DNA of 63,727 nucleotides, counting the filler, from Anaerolineae bacterium (GTDB taxonomy: Bacteria > Chloroflexota > Anaerolineae > B4-G1 > DUEL01): NCBI GenBank assembly GCA_041082215.1. It is 8 parts of 8 records of this genome, joined end to end, with 100 filler letters (N's around TTAATTAATTAA, not from the genome) between each part and the next. Parts side by side here need not be neighbours in the genome. Positions count along the whole stretch, not along the records: positions 44,836 to 56,261 come from JBDOIF010000117.1; positions 56,362 to 57,856 come from JBDOIF010000122.1; 6 more parts are not named here. One strand, given 5' to 3'. The notes beneath the pieces are model-generated. The model saw nothing but the letters and a program-made list of their open reading frames with translations, was not told the DNA's origin and made no database searches. The translations under genes and the position numbers were made by a program. This document shows positions 48,064 through 57,063 of this stretch, one piece after another. Numbering within the stretch: position 1 is the stretch's first letter; each line of letters starts with the position of its first letter.

Positions 48064-49752
48064 GTGAGCCATTGCAGCCAGTGCGGACGGTACATCGGGC
48101 CCTACGAGGCCTGCCCCTACTGCGGCGCCCGCGTCAACGGACGGGTATCCGTCCGTGCGGTGAAGAGGGCTGCGGTGGTGCTGGCTATCGCAGGGCTTTT
48201 TGTGTTGTGGTTGACAGCCACCCATTCCCCCCTTCCCCAAATCCCTATCGGCCAGATCGGAGCGACGGCCAATATGGCCTATGCCCGTGTCGAGGGGTGG
48301 GTGGTGCGCGGACCGCATTACTACCCCGATTCCGGCTACCTCTCCTTCACCGTGGCCGACGAGACGGGGGAGATCCGGGTCACTGCCTACCGGAAGGAAA
48401 GCGATGCCCTGCGGGCCGAGGAGCGGGTTCCGGCGCTGGGGGACCGGGTCTCTGTGGCTGGGACGGTGCAGGTGCGTGAGGGGGGGATGGCCCTCACTAT
48501 CAACGTCCCGGAACATGTAGAGGTCATCCGGCCCGAGCCGACCGAGCGGACCCTCGGCTCTCTCACCCCCTCCGACCGGCTCCTGCGCGTCCGTGTCCGC
48601 GGGCAGGTCTGGACGGTCCGCCAGCCCCACACCGGCCTCACCCTCATCACCCTGCGGGACCCTACCGGCGCTCTGGATGTGGTGGTGGACCGGGACCTGG
48701 AGGCGTTGACCGGCGGCCTCGTCCCTCCTGCGCCGGGTGAGTCGGTGGAGGTGGTGGGGACGGTGGACCTCTACCAGAGCACCCCTCAGATCGTGCCCCT
48801 CTCTGTGCTGGATATTATCCCCCTTCCCGAGCCGGTGGAGGTGGCGTCTCTGTTTCCCATAGGCGAGCTGCGGTCCGACGACGCCGGCCAGATGGTGGCG
48901 GTGGAAGGGGAGGTGGCACAGGTGGAGGGCTTCTCCTCCGGCGTCAAACTGACTCTGGAAGACGGGACGGGGGAGGTGACGGTGCTCCTCTGGCAGGACC
49001 TGGTCCAGGGGCTGGGCGATCCGGCGGCGCTGGCGGTGGGAGCGCGGCTGCGGGTGGTGGGGGAACTGGCCCTCTACCGGGGGATGCTGGAGGTGGTGCC
49101 GGGGCGACCGATGGACGTGGAGGTACTGGCCCGTGCCGCGGGGGTGGGGGAAGACGCGCCCCAGATGACCATCGGCGAGCTGGAGGCCGACCGGGCGGGG
49201 GAGGTGGTGACGGTGGAGGGAGCGGTAATTGATATCGAGTCCTTTGCTGGCGGCTTCCGGTTTGCGCTGGAGGATGGTACAGGACAGGTGGCGCTGGTGC
49301 TCCCGCTGGCAGTCTACGACGGATTGGCCGACCCGGCGGTGCTGAACCTCGGCTCCTGGGTGCGGGCGACAGGGCAGGTGGGGGTCTATCAGGACCAGCT
49401 CCAGGTGGTCCCTGCTTCTGGCGATGCGGTGGAGGTGCTGGCCCCCGGCGAGGTGGTGGCCTCCTGGCGAGAAATCGGCTCCCTTTCCCCCACAGACGAG
49501 GGAGCGCGGGTGGCAGTGAAGGGAGCGGTGGTCCGGGTGGAGTCTTTCTCCAGCGGCCGGCGGGTCTGGCTGGAGGATGGGACTGGCAGGGTGATGCTTC
49601 TGTTGTGGGAGAACGTCTACCGGAGGATAGCACAGCGGGAGCGGCTGGTCCCCGGCGCCTGGATGGAGGCGTGCGGGGTAGTGCAGGTCTACCGGGGGGA
49701 GCTGGAGGTGGTCCCCCAGTTACCGCACGATGTGCGGATGGTCCGTCCATAA
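48064..49752 (+). CDS. Zn-ribbon + TM helix + five tandem OB-fold domains
   Basis: CSQC...CPYC, then a hydrophobic helix, then five repeats of IG.L.....V.V.G.V...L.D.TG.....G..V.V.G.V..Y....V.P. Confidence 0.85.
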   Translation: MSHCSQCGRYIGPYEACPYCGARVNGRVSVRAVKRAAVVLAIAGLFVLWLTATHSPLPQIPIGQIGATANMAYARVEGWVVRGPHYYPDSGYLSFTVADETGEIRVTAYRKESDALRAEERVPALGDRVSVAGTVQVREGGMALTINVPEHVEVIRPEPTERTLGSLTPSDRLLRVRVRGQVWTVRQPHTGLTLITLRDPTGALDVVVDRDLEALTGGLVPPAPGESVEVVGTVDLYQSTPQIVPLSVLDIIPLPEPVEVASLFPIGELRSDDAGQMVAVEGEVAQVEGFSSGVKLTLEDGTGEVTVLLWQDLVQGLGDPAALAVGARLRVVGELALYRGMLEVVPGRPMDVEVLARAAGVGEDAPQMTIGELEADRAGEVVTVEGAVIDIESFAGGFRFALEDGTGQVALVLPLAVYDGLADPAVLNLGSWVRATGQVGVYQDQLQVVPASGDAVEVLAPGEVVASWREIGSLSPTDEGARVAVKGAVVRVESFSSGRRVWLEDGTGRVMLLLWENVYRRIAQRERLVPGAWMEACGVVQVYRGELEVVPQLPHDVRMVRP

Positions 49753-49753
49753 A

Positions 49754-49779
49754 GTAGGATAAGCTTCAGCTTGTCCTGC
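49754..49779. repeat. GTAG-type REP palindrome
   Basis: GTAGGATAAGCT-tc-AGCTTGTCCTGC. Confidence 0.8.
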
Positions 49780-49797
49780 AATCGAAGGGAGGTTACG

Positions 49798-50688
49798 ATG
49801 AAGGAATTCAGGAAGGGATGCCTGCTGATTGTGCTGGTCCTGGCAGTAGCAGTAGTAGCAGGCTGCAGGGGTCAGGATCGGCCTTTGGGGGAGAAGCCGG
49901 TGCAGCTTCCGCCTGTGCCGCCGACCGCGGCGATGGCCACCATCTCGCCGTCGCCGACGGCCACGCCCCCTCCGCCGACGGTTACACCCACCCCGCAGCC
50001 GGAGCCAACCCCTGCGGGGACGGCTACACCGACCCCCACGCCGGAGCCGACGGCCCCGCTGCCGACGCCGACGGAGGCTGTCGAGGTGGTCCCTATCGGC
50101 CGGCTGGGGGAGGCTTTTATGGGCCAGGAGGCGGTAGTGGAGGGGGAAGTGGTCGCAGTCTCCTCCTTTTCTGCTGGCTTCCGGTTCACGCTGGACGACG
50201 GAACCGGCCAGGTGGTCCTCCTGATGTGGCATACGGTCTACGACGACTGCTGGGATGCCCCCCAGCTCAACCTGGGGGCGCGGGTCCGGGCGAGGGGGAC
50301 GGTCGGCCAGTACCAGGGCACGCTTCAACTGGAGCCGGAATGGGGAGGGGCGGTGAAGGTGCTGGAGACGGCGGAGCCGACGGCCGAGCCCCGCGCTATC
50401 GGCTCCCTCACCGGCGCCGACGAGGGCCGACGGGTGATGATCGAGGGAGAGGTGGTGCGCACGGAGGGGGGCAGGGATTGGGTCAAGGTCTTCCTCAGAG
50501 ATGAGACGGGAGAGATCCCCGTCTTCATCTGGCGCTCCATCCTGGACCGCATCCCCCAGAACACGGGGCTGGGCGTGGCCGGTAGCCGGGTCCGTGTTGT
50601 GGGAGTGCTTTCCCTTTACCGCAGCAATCTGGAGGTCTCGCCGGCGCTTCCCTACGATGTGGAGGTGCTTGCGAGCCCTTCGGGGTGA
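49798..50688 (+). CDS. Lipoprotein with P/T linker and two OB folds
   Basis: Lipobox VAGC, PT repeats, and two OB repeats (LDDGTG, LRDETG) paralogous to the upstream protein. Confidence 0.85.
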   Translation: MKEFRKGCLLIVLVLAVAVVAGCRGQDRPLGEKPVQLPPVPPTAAMATISPSPTATPPPPTVTPTPQPEPTPAGTATPTPTPEPTAPLPTPTEAVEVVPIGRLGEAFMGQEAVVEGEVVAVSSFSAGFRFTLDDGTGQVVLLMWHTVYDDCWDAPQLNLGARVRARGTVGQYQGTLQLEPEWGGAVKVLETAEPTAEPRAIGSLTGADEGRRVMIEGEVVRTEGGRDWVKVFLRDETGEIPVFIWRSILDRIPQNTGLGVAGSRVRVVGVLSLYRSNLEVSPALPYDVEVLASPSG

Positions 50689-50699
50689 GGAGGTAGGCT

Positions 50700-52082
50700 G
50701 TGTCGGCGACCGAAGGGGTGATGGGGCTTCTGGCCGCTCTGCTCGGAGCGGCGGCGGCAGCGCCGCTTTCGCTGGTGCCGGCGCTGCACGTCTACAACGC
50801 GGCCGGGTTTGTCCTCCTGGGGGTAGCCGTCTGGGGGTTGCCGTTCCCGCCCCTCTACCTGGCGCTATTCTTTTTTGGGATGGTGACCGCCTACGCCATC
50901 CTCGGCACCGTCCCATCCGTTTTCCTCTCCGCGCCGGACGAGGCCCTGGCCTTTATCGTCCTGCCGGGGCAGAAGTACCTGATGCAGCGGAGAGGATATG
51001 AGGCGGTGATGCTGACGGGGGTGGGGGGGCTGGGCGGCATCGCTGCACTGGCGCTGCTGTCGCCGGTCGCCTCCCGCCTCTTCCCTGCACTGCGGGCCGT
51101 TATTCAGCACCACACCCCCTGGATCCTCTGGACCGTGATCGCCTATATGCTTCTGTCGGAGTGGCCCAAGGGGACCGACCGGCAGCCAGCCGGATGGCGG
51201 CGGTGGTGGGACGGCTGGCGGAGCCTGACGGCGGGGCTGGCGACCTTTCTGCTTTCCGGTCTGCTGGGCTTTGTGCTGATGTACCGCTCCGTCCTGCCGG
51301 TCGGTTCTGCCTATCAGAACCTTCTCCCCGCCTTCATCGGTCTCTTTGCCGTCCCGTGGGTGCTTCAGAACCTCCTGGCGCGGGTCGAGCTGCCGGAGCC
51401 GTTCATCCCCCAGGCGCTGGAGGTCACTCCGGGAATTCTCCTGCGGGGGGTCTTTTCCGGCGTGCTGGGGGGGCTGCTGGCGGCGTTTCTGCCGGTGGTG
51501 ACAGGGGGGATCGGCGGCTTCATCGCCGGTCACGCCACAGCGCAGCGGGACGACCGGGCATTTCTCATCTCCCAGGGGGCCTCCAAAGTGGTCTACTACG
51601 TGGGCGGATTTCTTCTGTTCTGGGTGCCGGGCCTCCACCTCACCCGGGGCGGCCTGGCGTGGATGGTGAGCACGCTCTGGCAGCCCCGCTCGCCGCAGGT
51701 CTACTGGCTGGCCGTTGCAGCGGTCCTGCTGGCAGGGGGGCTTTCGTTCCTCCTGCTGCCCGGACTGACCCGGCTGGTGGCGCGGCTGGTGACGCGGGTG
51801 GGATATCGGCAGGCCAGCGCGGTCACGCTGGGGCTGTTGCTGGCGATCGTGGCAGCGGTGCCGGCGGCGGGGGAGTGGCTGGGAGGAGGGAGTTGGGCAG
51901 GGGTGTTCGGGGCAGGGGGGAAGGGCCTGCTTGTCTGCCTGGTCGCTTCCGGCATTGGCCTCCTACCAGTTCTCTGGGGCTCCCGGCGGGTGAACTGTAT
52001 GGGGTTGCTGCTGCTCCCCATCGGGTTGAATATGGTGGGGGCAGGGGCGGAGGTGGCGGGCTGGCTGGGGTTGATCCGATGA
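50700..52082 (+). CDS. Tripartite tricarboxylate transporter TctA/DUF112-like permease
   Basis: LVPALH, PSVFL.APDE....LPG and GLF.VP. About 12 TM helices with an internal repeat. Confidence 0.75.
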   Translation: MSATEGVMGLLAALLGAAAAAPLSLVPALHVYNAAGFVLLGVAVWGLPFPPLYLALFFFGMVTAYAILGTVPSVFLSAPDEALAFIVLPGQKYLMQRRGYEAVMLTGVGGLGGIAALALLSPVASRLFPALRAVIQHHTPWILWTVIAYMLLSEWPKGTDRQPAGWRRWWDGWRSLTAGLATFLLSGLLGFVLMYRSVLPVGSAYQNLLPAFIGLFAVPWVLQNLLARVELPEPFIPQALEVTPGILLRGVFSGVLGGLLAAFLPVVTGGIGGFIAGHATAQRDDRAFLISQGASKVVYYVGGFLLFWVPGLHLTRGGLAWMVSTLWQPRSPQVYWLAVAAVLLAGGLSFLLLPGLTRLVARLVTRVGYRQASAVTLGLLLAIVAAVPAAGEWLGGGSWAGVFGAGGKGLLVCLVASGIGLLPVLWGSRRVNCMGLLLLPIGLNMVGAGAEVAGWLGLIR

Positions 52083-53113
52083 AGGGGATCGCCCACTTCA
52101 TCACCGGTGTGGCCATCGCCACCTTTTTCCCCGAGGTGGTGCGGGAGGCGGCCGAGGGGTCACTGCTGCCTGTGCTGGGCGGGGTCGCTGGCATCCTGCC
52201 GGATACGCTCGATTTCAAGTTCGCCCGCTATTTCGAACGGTACGACCTGGAGATCGATCCCGGCCCGGAACCGGACGCGCAGGAGATCGCCGAACGGATC
52301 GCAGGGGCGATGCGGAAGGCTTATGAGACAGGCAGGCCCCAGAATGTGATGCTCCACACCGTCCGTCTGGGGGCGGACCTGTGGCGTCAGTACGTCGTCC
52401 GCTTCGACCCGGCCCGCAGCGAGGTGGGAGTACGCATCGGCCCGGTCGTCACGACTGGCCAGGTCCCCTTTCCCAGCTCCGAGCCGGAAGGGGCGAAGGA
52501 GGCGCGGGTCCAGGTCGGCGTGCCGATGGTCCATACCTACGACGCTGAGAACCGGGTGGACATCTTCAGCGGCCCCTCTTTCAGGTTTGTGCGAAAAGGA
52601 GACCGGCTCTATGTCCATTTTCTGGACTGGCACCGGCGCTGGTCCCACAGCCTCACCCTGGCCGCCGTGCTGGGGTTGGTGGTGGCAGGTGTGGCTGCGC
52701 TGGCGGAGTGGCTCAGGAGAGGGGCGCTCTCCCACACGCCGATGTGGGCGGGCCTGGTGGCGGGGCTGGGCTTCGCCGGCCATGTCCTGGAGGACCAGCT
52801 CGGCTTTATGGGGAGCAACCTCTTTTACCCCTTCACGAAGGAGCGGTCTCTCGGCCTCCAGCTCCTACACTCCGGCGACGCCATCCCCAATTTCCTCACC
52901 GTCTGGACGGCGGCGGCGCTGATCCTCTTCAATCTGGATCGCTTCTCGGCGTCGCCCCGGCTGGATGCTCCCCTCTTTCTGCTGCTGGCCGTGGCGCTGC
53001 CGCTGGGGGTGCTGGGCACCCTCTACAGGCTGCAGCAGCAGGGCAGGGAGGAGGACGAAGCGCTCCGGCAGGGGGAAATGGTCAGGGAAACCGAGGAGGT
53101 GGAAACAGGTTGA
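52079..53113 (+). CDS. YdjM/DUF457-type membrane metal-dependent hydrolase with a large insertion
   Basis: N-terminal H (IAHF), LPD..D, HR.WSHS and H.LED. ATGA overlap with the permease gene. Confidence 0.8.
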   Translation: MKGIAHFITGVAIATFFPEVVREAAEGSLLPVLGGVAGILPDTLDFKFARYFERYDLEIDPGPEPDAQEIAERIAGAMRKAYETGRPQNVMLHTVRLGADLWRQYVVRFDPARSEVGVRIGPVVTTGQVPFPSSEPEGAKEARVQVGVPMVHTYDAENRVDIFSGPSFRFVRKGDRLYVHFLDWHRRWSHSLTLAAVLGLVVAGVAALAEWLRRGALSHTPMWAGLVAGLGFAGHVLEDQLGFMGSNLFYPFTKERSLGLQLLHSGDAIPNFLTVWTAAALILFNLDRFSASPRLDAPLFLLLAVALPLGVLGTLYRLQQQGREEDEALRQGEMVRETEEVETG

Positions 53114-53119
53114 GAGACG

Positions 53120-54775
53120 CTATTTCCGATAGATGGGCAGCGAAATGGTGAAAGCGGACCCTTCTCCCAATTTGCTTTCCACCTCCACCTTACCGCCGTG
53201 AATCTCCACGATCTCCTTTACCAGCGCCAGCCCCAGGCCCATCCCCCCGTGCCGCCGCTTCGTGCTCCCGTCCACCTGATAGAACCGCTCGAAGATGCGC
53301 TCCTTCTGGTCGGGGGGGATGCCGACGCCGGTGTCCGCCACCTGCAGGTGGACCATCTGGCCGTTCTGCCAGACCTGTACGGTGATCGTGCCCCCGGCGG
53401 GGGTGAACTTGATCGCGTTGCCGATGAGGTTGTCCAGGACACGCCGCAGGTAGAGGCTCTCCCCGCCGACAGGGGGGATGTCCGGCGCGATCTGCAGGTT
53501 CAGCGCAAGCTGGCTCCGTTCCGCCGCGACCTGGAAGTCGTCAACTGCCGCCCGGGCCAGCTCGTCCAGCGGGACGGGCATCACCTCCAGCGGACGGGCC
53601 TCCGCCTCCAGGATCAGGGTGATGTCCTGCACCAGTTCTCCCAGCATCTGCGCTCTTCGGGCGATGATCTCCAGCGACCTTGCCTGCTCAGGGTTCAGTT
53701 CTCCCAGCTCGCCGTTGATCAGAAGCTCCGCATGCCCACGGATCAGAGCGAGGGGGGAACGGAGTTCGTGGGAGACGTTCTGGATAAACTGGCTCTTGAG
53801 GCTCTCCAGCTCCTGCGACCGGGCCAGCGCGGCGGCCAGCTCGTCGGCCTGGTGGCGCACCTGCTGGTACAGTTGGGCGTTCTCCAGAGCGATCGCGGCA
53901 TAGGCGGCCAGGGCGGAAAGGATGCCCAGTTCATGCTGGGAAAAGGAGCGCCGGGTCCGCCGGTTTGTCACCCCCAGGACGCCGATGATGCCCCGTTTGG
54001 CGCTGCGGACCGGCACGTAGACAAGGGCCTGGACCAGATAGCCCGTCGCCACCTTGACGTTCTCTTCGGTGATCAAGACGGCTCTGCCGGTTTGAACGAC
54101 CGTGCCGGCCAGGCTGTCGTCCACACGGATCCGAAGCCCCTGTACCGTCCCCTCGTCCAGGTTCTTCGCTGCGCGGAGGTAGAGTTCCTGCTCCTTCTCG
54201 TCAACCAGCATCAGGAGCCCCTCTTCCGCCCGCGTGACGAAGACCGCTGCTTCGACCACCCGCTTGAGCACCGCATCGAGGTCCAGAAGGGAGGTGACCG
54301 AGCGGCCGATGGAATAGAGGGTTTGCAGCTCCTGCACCTGCCGCTCCAGATTCCGGTTAGCCTCCTGGAGCTGTTGCAGGAGTCGGTCCCGCTCCGCCCG
54401 GAGCCGGGCCTCCACAAGCACCCGCTCCACAGCCCGCTCCATCTCCGGCGGCTCGAAGGGCTTGATCACGTAATCCCGCACGCCCAGCCGGAAGACCCGC
54501 ACCACCAGGTCCTCGGAGCCGTGGATGGTGGTGAAGATGACCGGGACATCCATCCCCTTTTCCCTGAGCGCCTCCAGCACCTCGACGCCCGTCATCCTTG
54601 GCATCCGCTCGTCGAGGATGATCAGGTCAGGCCGCTCCCGCAACGCCATCTCCAGTCCCTCCTGTCCGTCGTAGGCGGAGAGGACCTGGTAGCCCTGGGG
54701 TTGCAGGACCAGATCGCGGAGGACCTCGTGGATCTGGGGGCTGTCGTCTATGATCAGAACCCGTGCCTGTGCCAT
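53120..54775 (-). CDS. Hybrid REC-GAF-histidine kinase
   Basis: REC (LIIDD, DYVIKPF), GAF, SHELRSPL and NAIKF. Confidence 0.93.
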   Translation of the reverse strand: MAQARVLIIDDSPQIHEVLRDLVLQPQGYQVLSAYDGQEGLEMALRERPDLIILDERMPRMTGVEVLEALREKGMDVPVIFTTIHGSEDLVVRVFRLGVRDYVIKPFEPPEMERAVERVLVEARLRAERDRLLQQLQEANRNLERQVQELQTLYSIGRSVTSLLDLDAVLKRVVEAAVFVTRAEEGLLMLVDEKEQELYLRAAKNLDEGTVQGLRIRVDDSLAGTVVQTGRAVLITEENVKVATGYLVQALVYVPVRSAKRGIIGVLGVTNRRTRRSFSQHELGILSALAAYAAIALENAQLYQQVRHQADELAAALARSQELESLKSQFIQNVSHELRSPLALIRGHAELLINGELGELNPEQARSLEIIARRAQMLGELVQDITLILEAEARPLEVMPVPLDELARAAVDDFQVAAERSQLALNLQIAPDIPPVGGESLYLRRVLDNLIGNAIKFTPAGGTITVQVWQNGQMVHLQVADTGVGIPPDQKERIFERFYQVDGSTKRRHGGMGLGLALVKEIVEIHGGKVEVESKLGEGSAFTISLPIYRK

Positions 54776-54888
54776 TGGGAACTCTCTGATTTCGATCAGT
54801 GCGAACTATACATAAAGATGCACCTGAAACTTACAGGTGCATCTCTACGTGCGATGGGAGCAGAGAAACCCGGCGAAAGGGCACCAGC

Positions 54889-55080
54889 TCATTTTGCATT
54901 CTTGCGAGTGATCGGGTGTTCGCTTGTGACTCTGATCATCTGAGGCTGCAGCAGGCGAGGACCTGGCAGGAACAAGCCTGCCTGCATCAGTTTTTCCGCC
55001 CGTCGAGCACAAACGACAAGCTGCTTGAGGCTGCGCCGCACCCTCTGTGCCCTGCTGGGGTAGCGCGGTTCTGCTTTCAT
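54889..55080 (-). CDS. Possible small basic protein (63 aa)
   Basis: SD AAGGAGG 5 nt before ATG 55080. No family recognised. Confidence 0.4.
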   Translation of the reverse strand: MKAEPRYPSRAQRVRRSLKQLVVCARRAEKLMQAGLFLPGPRLLQPQMIRVTSEHPITRKNAK

Positions 55081-55212
55081 CTGACCCTCCTTTTCCTGGT
55101 ACGATGCAGTCCAGATCTTTTCCCCATCTCTATCCGGCAATCCATCGTTTCATTATAGCTTCCCTGGAGGAGATGGGTCAATAGGAGAAGGGTACTACTC
55201 GAAATTACCCCC

Positions 55213-55242
55213 CAGGACAACTCCACAGGAGTTGTCCCTACA
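55213..55242. repeat. REP-like palindrome GGACAACTCC-aca-GGAGTTGTCC
   Basis: Perfect 10-bp arms. Related to 8221-8249. Confidence 0.75.
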
Positions 55243-55334
55243 TTGTAACCCGCCTGTAATGCTTTTCTGCCTCCCGGCCTTTACAATAGAGAAGGGACGA
55301 CGATTCCCTTCTGTTTCGACTCAGGAGCCGGAGG

Positions 55335-56261
55335 ATGGGAAACCAGGATAACCTGCAGAAGGCCAAACGGGCGGCATGGTTGGGGCGCAGGGGAGCGGCG
55401 CTGGAATATATCTGGGCTGCGTTGCGGGAGGACCCCCTCGATGAACGGGCTACGCTGTGGCTGAGCCTTTTGACTGAGGACAGGAGGGGACTTTCCTATA
55501 TCCGCTCTCTCGTCGGAACTCATCTGACGGAGAGCCGTCTCTACGGCTTTCTGCGGCGGCTGGGACAGCATCCGGAGGGGGAGGCGGCCCGCCACCGCTG
55601 GGGGGTCCACCCGGCCATTGCTGGCCTGATCGCAGCGGCCTGCTTTGTGCTGGGTACGGTCGTGGGGCCTATGGTCCTGCCGCTGAACGGGGCGGAGGTC
55701 CCCCCTGTGGAGGCGCTGGCGCTGGCCCCTCCCTCCCTGCCCCAGCAGGCATCCACGCCCACATTCACCCCGTCGGCAACGGCCCGGCCAACCGCGTCGC
55801 CGCTGCCTTCCCCTACTCCGACCGTCCCCCCCACTCCTGCGCCCTCGCCGACCCCCACACCCCTTCCCACGCCCACCCCTACCCCTGAACCCCGCCTGGT
55901 CTATCCATCCCCCTTCCCGGTGCCCGGCCCCTCCAGCGTCACTATCCTCTCCACCACCATCCCTGTCCCCACCCCGGTCCAGCCGGTCCCGGTGGCCGCC
56001 GACGCGATCAACATCGCCGTCCTCGGCAGCGACCAGCGGCCCGACTGGACCGAATGGCATACCGACGCCATCCATATCGTCTCCATTCAGACCGACCGGG
56101 CCGCTGTGTCCGTACTCTCCATCCCCCGCGACCTCTACGTCTATATCCCCGGCCACGGGATGAGCCGCATCAACTTCGCCGATTTCTACGGCGAGGGGTA
56201 CGGCTATCCTGGTGGCGGCCCCGCTCTCCTGCGGGATACCCTCCTCTACAACCTGGGCATC
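55335..56261 (+). CDS. LCP (LytR-CpsA-Psr) family protein (truncated)
   Basis: TM helix, PT linker, NIAVLGSDQR, TD.I and SIPRDL. Confidence 0.9.
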
Positions 56262-56361
56262 NNNNNNNNNNNNNNNNNNNNNNNNNNNNNNNNNNNNNNN
56301 NNNNNTTAATTAATTAANNNNNNNNNNNNNNNNNNNNNNNNNNNNNNNNNNNNNNNNNNNN

Positions 56362-56565
56362 CGCGGCACCGGCGGCAACATCCGCCTGGCCCAGGAGCTG
56401 GCCCGCCACCGGTCCATCACCACCACGCAGCGGTACACCCACCTGAGCGATGACGAGCTGGACCGGGGGTATGAGGAGGTGTTCAACAGCGGTGATGGCA
56501 CATCGCGAATGGCACAGATGGGAGCAGATGATGTGAATGGGTTTGACAACCCTCCCTCCATATGA
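56362..56565 (+). CDS. C-terminal end of a XerC/D-like tyrosine recombinase (not in the ORF track)
   Basis: My translation gives RGTGGNIRLAQELARHRSITTTQRYTHLSDDELDRGYEEVF, which is box II with the catalytic Tyr. Confidence 0.85.
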   Translation, partial: RGTGGNIRLAQELARHRSITTTQRYTHLSDDELDRGYEEVFNSGDGTSRMAQMGADDVNGFDNPPSI

Positions 56566-56571
56566 TATAAC
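56543..56571 (+). promoter_or_regulatory. sigma70 promoter TTGACA-N17-TATAAC
   Basis: Near-consensus with a TG extended -10, upstream of 56631. Confidence 0.65.
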
Positions 56572-56630
56572 AATAGCTGCGCTTAATCGGTGGAACCGAC
56601 CGGTAAGGAGAACCGGAGGAGGCATCGGAT

Positions 56631-57050
56631 ATGCCTGTACGGAAAATGCCCAATCCGTCGGAGGAGATGCTTTCTGAAACCGCTCAGGCCCTCTCTGAGA
56701 TCGCCAGAAAGCTGGCCACCCACTCCACGGACAACGACGCCGAAGCGAGGAGCCTGGAAGAATCCCGCGAAGCGCTCCTGCGCCTCTCCCAGAAGCTGGA
56801 AAACTGGCGGGCTCAGGAAGAGAAATCCGCAACGGAGACCGTTCGCCTGCGGCAAAAGATACTGGATGCGCTGGCGCGAGGAGGACCGGCCCTGCCGATC
56901 GAACTGGCTGCGGCCACCCTTTCTCTGCCGGAAGAGGTCCAGCCTGTCCTGGAGGAGCTGGAGAGGGACGACCTCATCCAGATTCGGGGAGTGAAGGGCG
57001 GGCAACTGGTCTCCCTCACCGCCAGGGGCCGGATGGAAGTACGCCACTGA
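56631..57050 (+). CDS. Coiled-coil + C-terminal winged-helix protein
   Basis: SD GGAGG, helical N-half, and ELAAATLSLPEEV...LEELE...LI......V.LTARG (MarR-like wing). Confidence 0.75.
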   Translation: MPVRKMPNPSEEMLSETAQALSEIARKLATHSTDNDAEARSLEESREALLRLSQKLENWRAQEEKSATETVRLRQKILDALARGGPALPIELAAATLSLPEEVQPVLEELERDDLIQIRGVKGGQLVSLTARGRMEVRH

Positions 57051-57063
57051 GGGACCCCCGCCG

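Noticed and set aside
1829..54943. Long antisense ORFs (e.g. 2803-4905, 15756-17729, 45146-46492, 53198-54943)
   Set aside because: They are shadow frames of well-supported genes in high-GC DNA and show no recognisable motifs.
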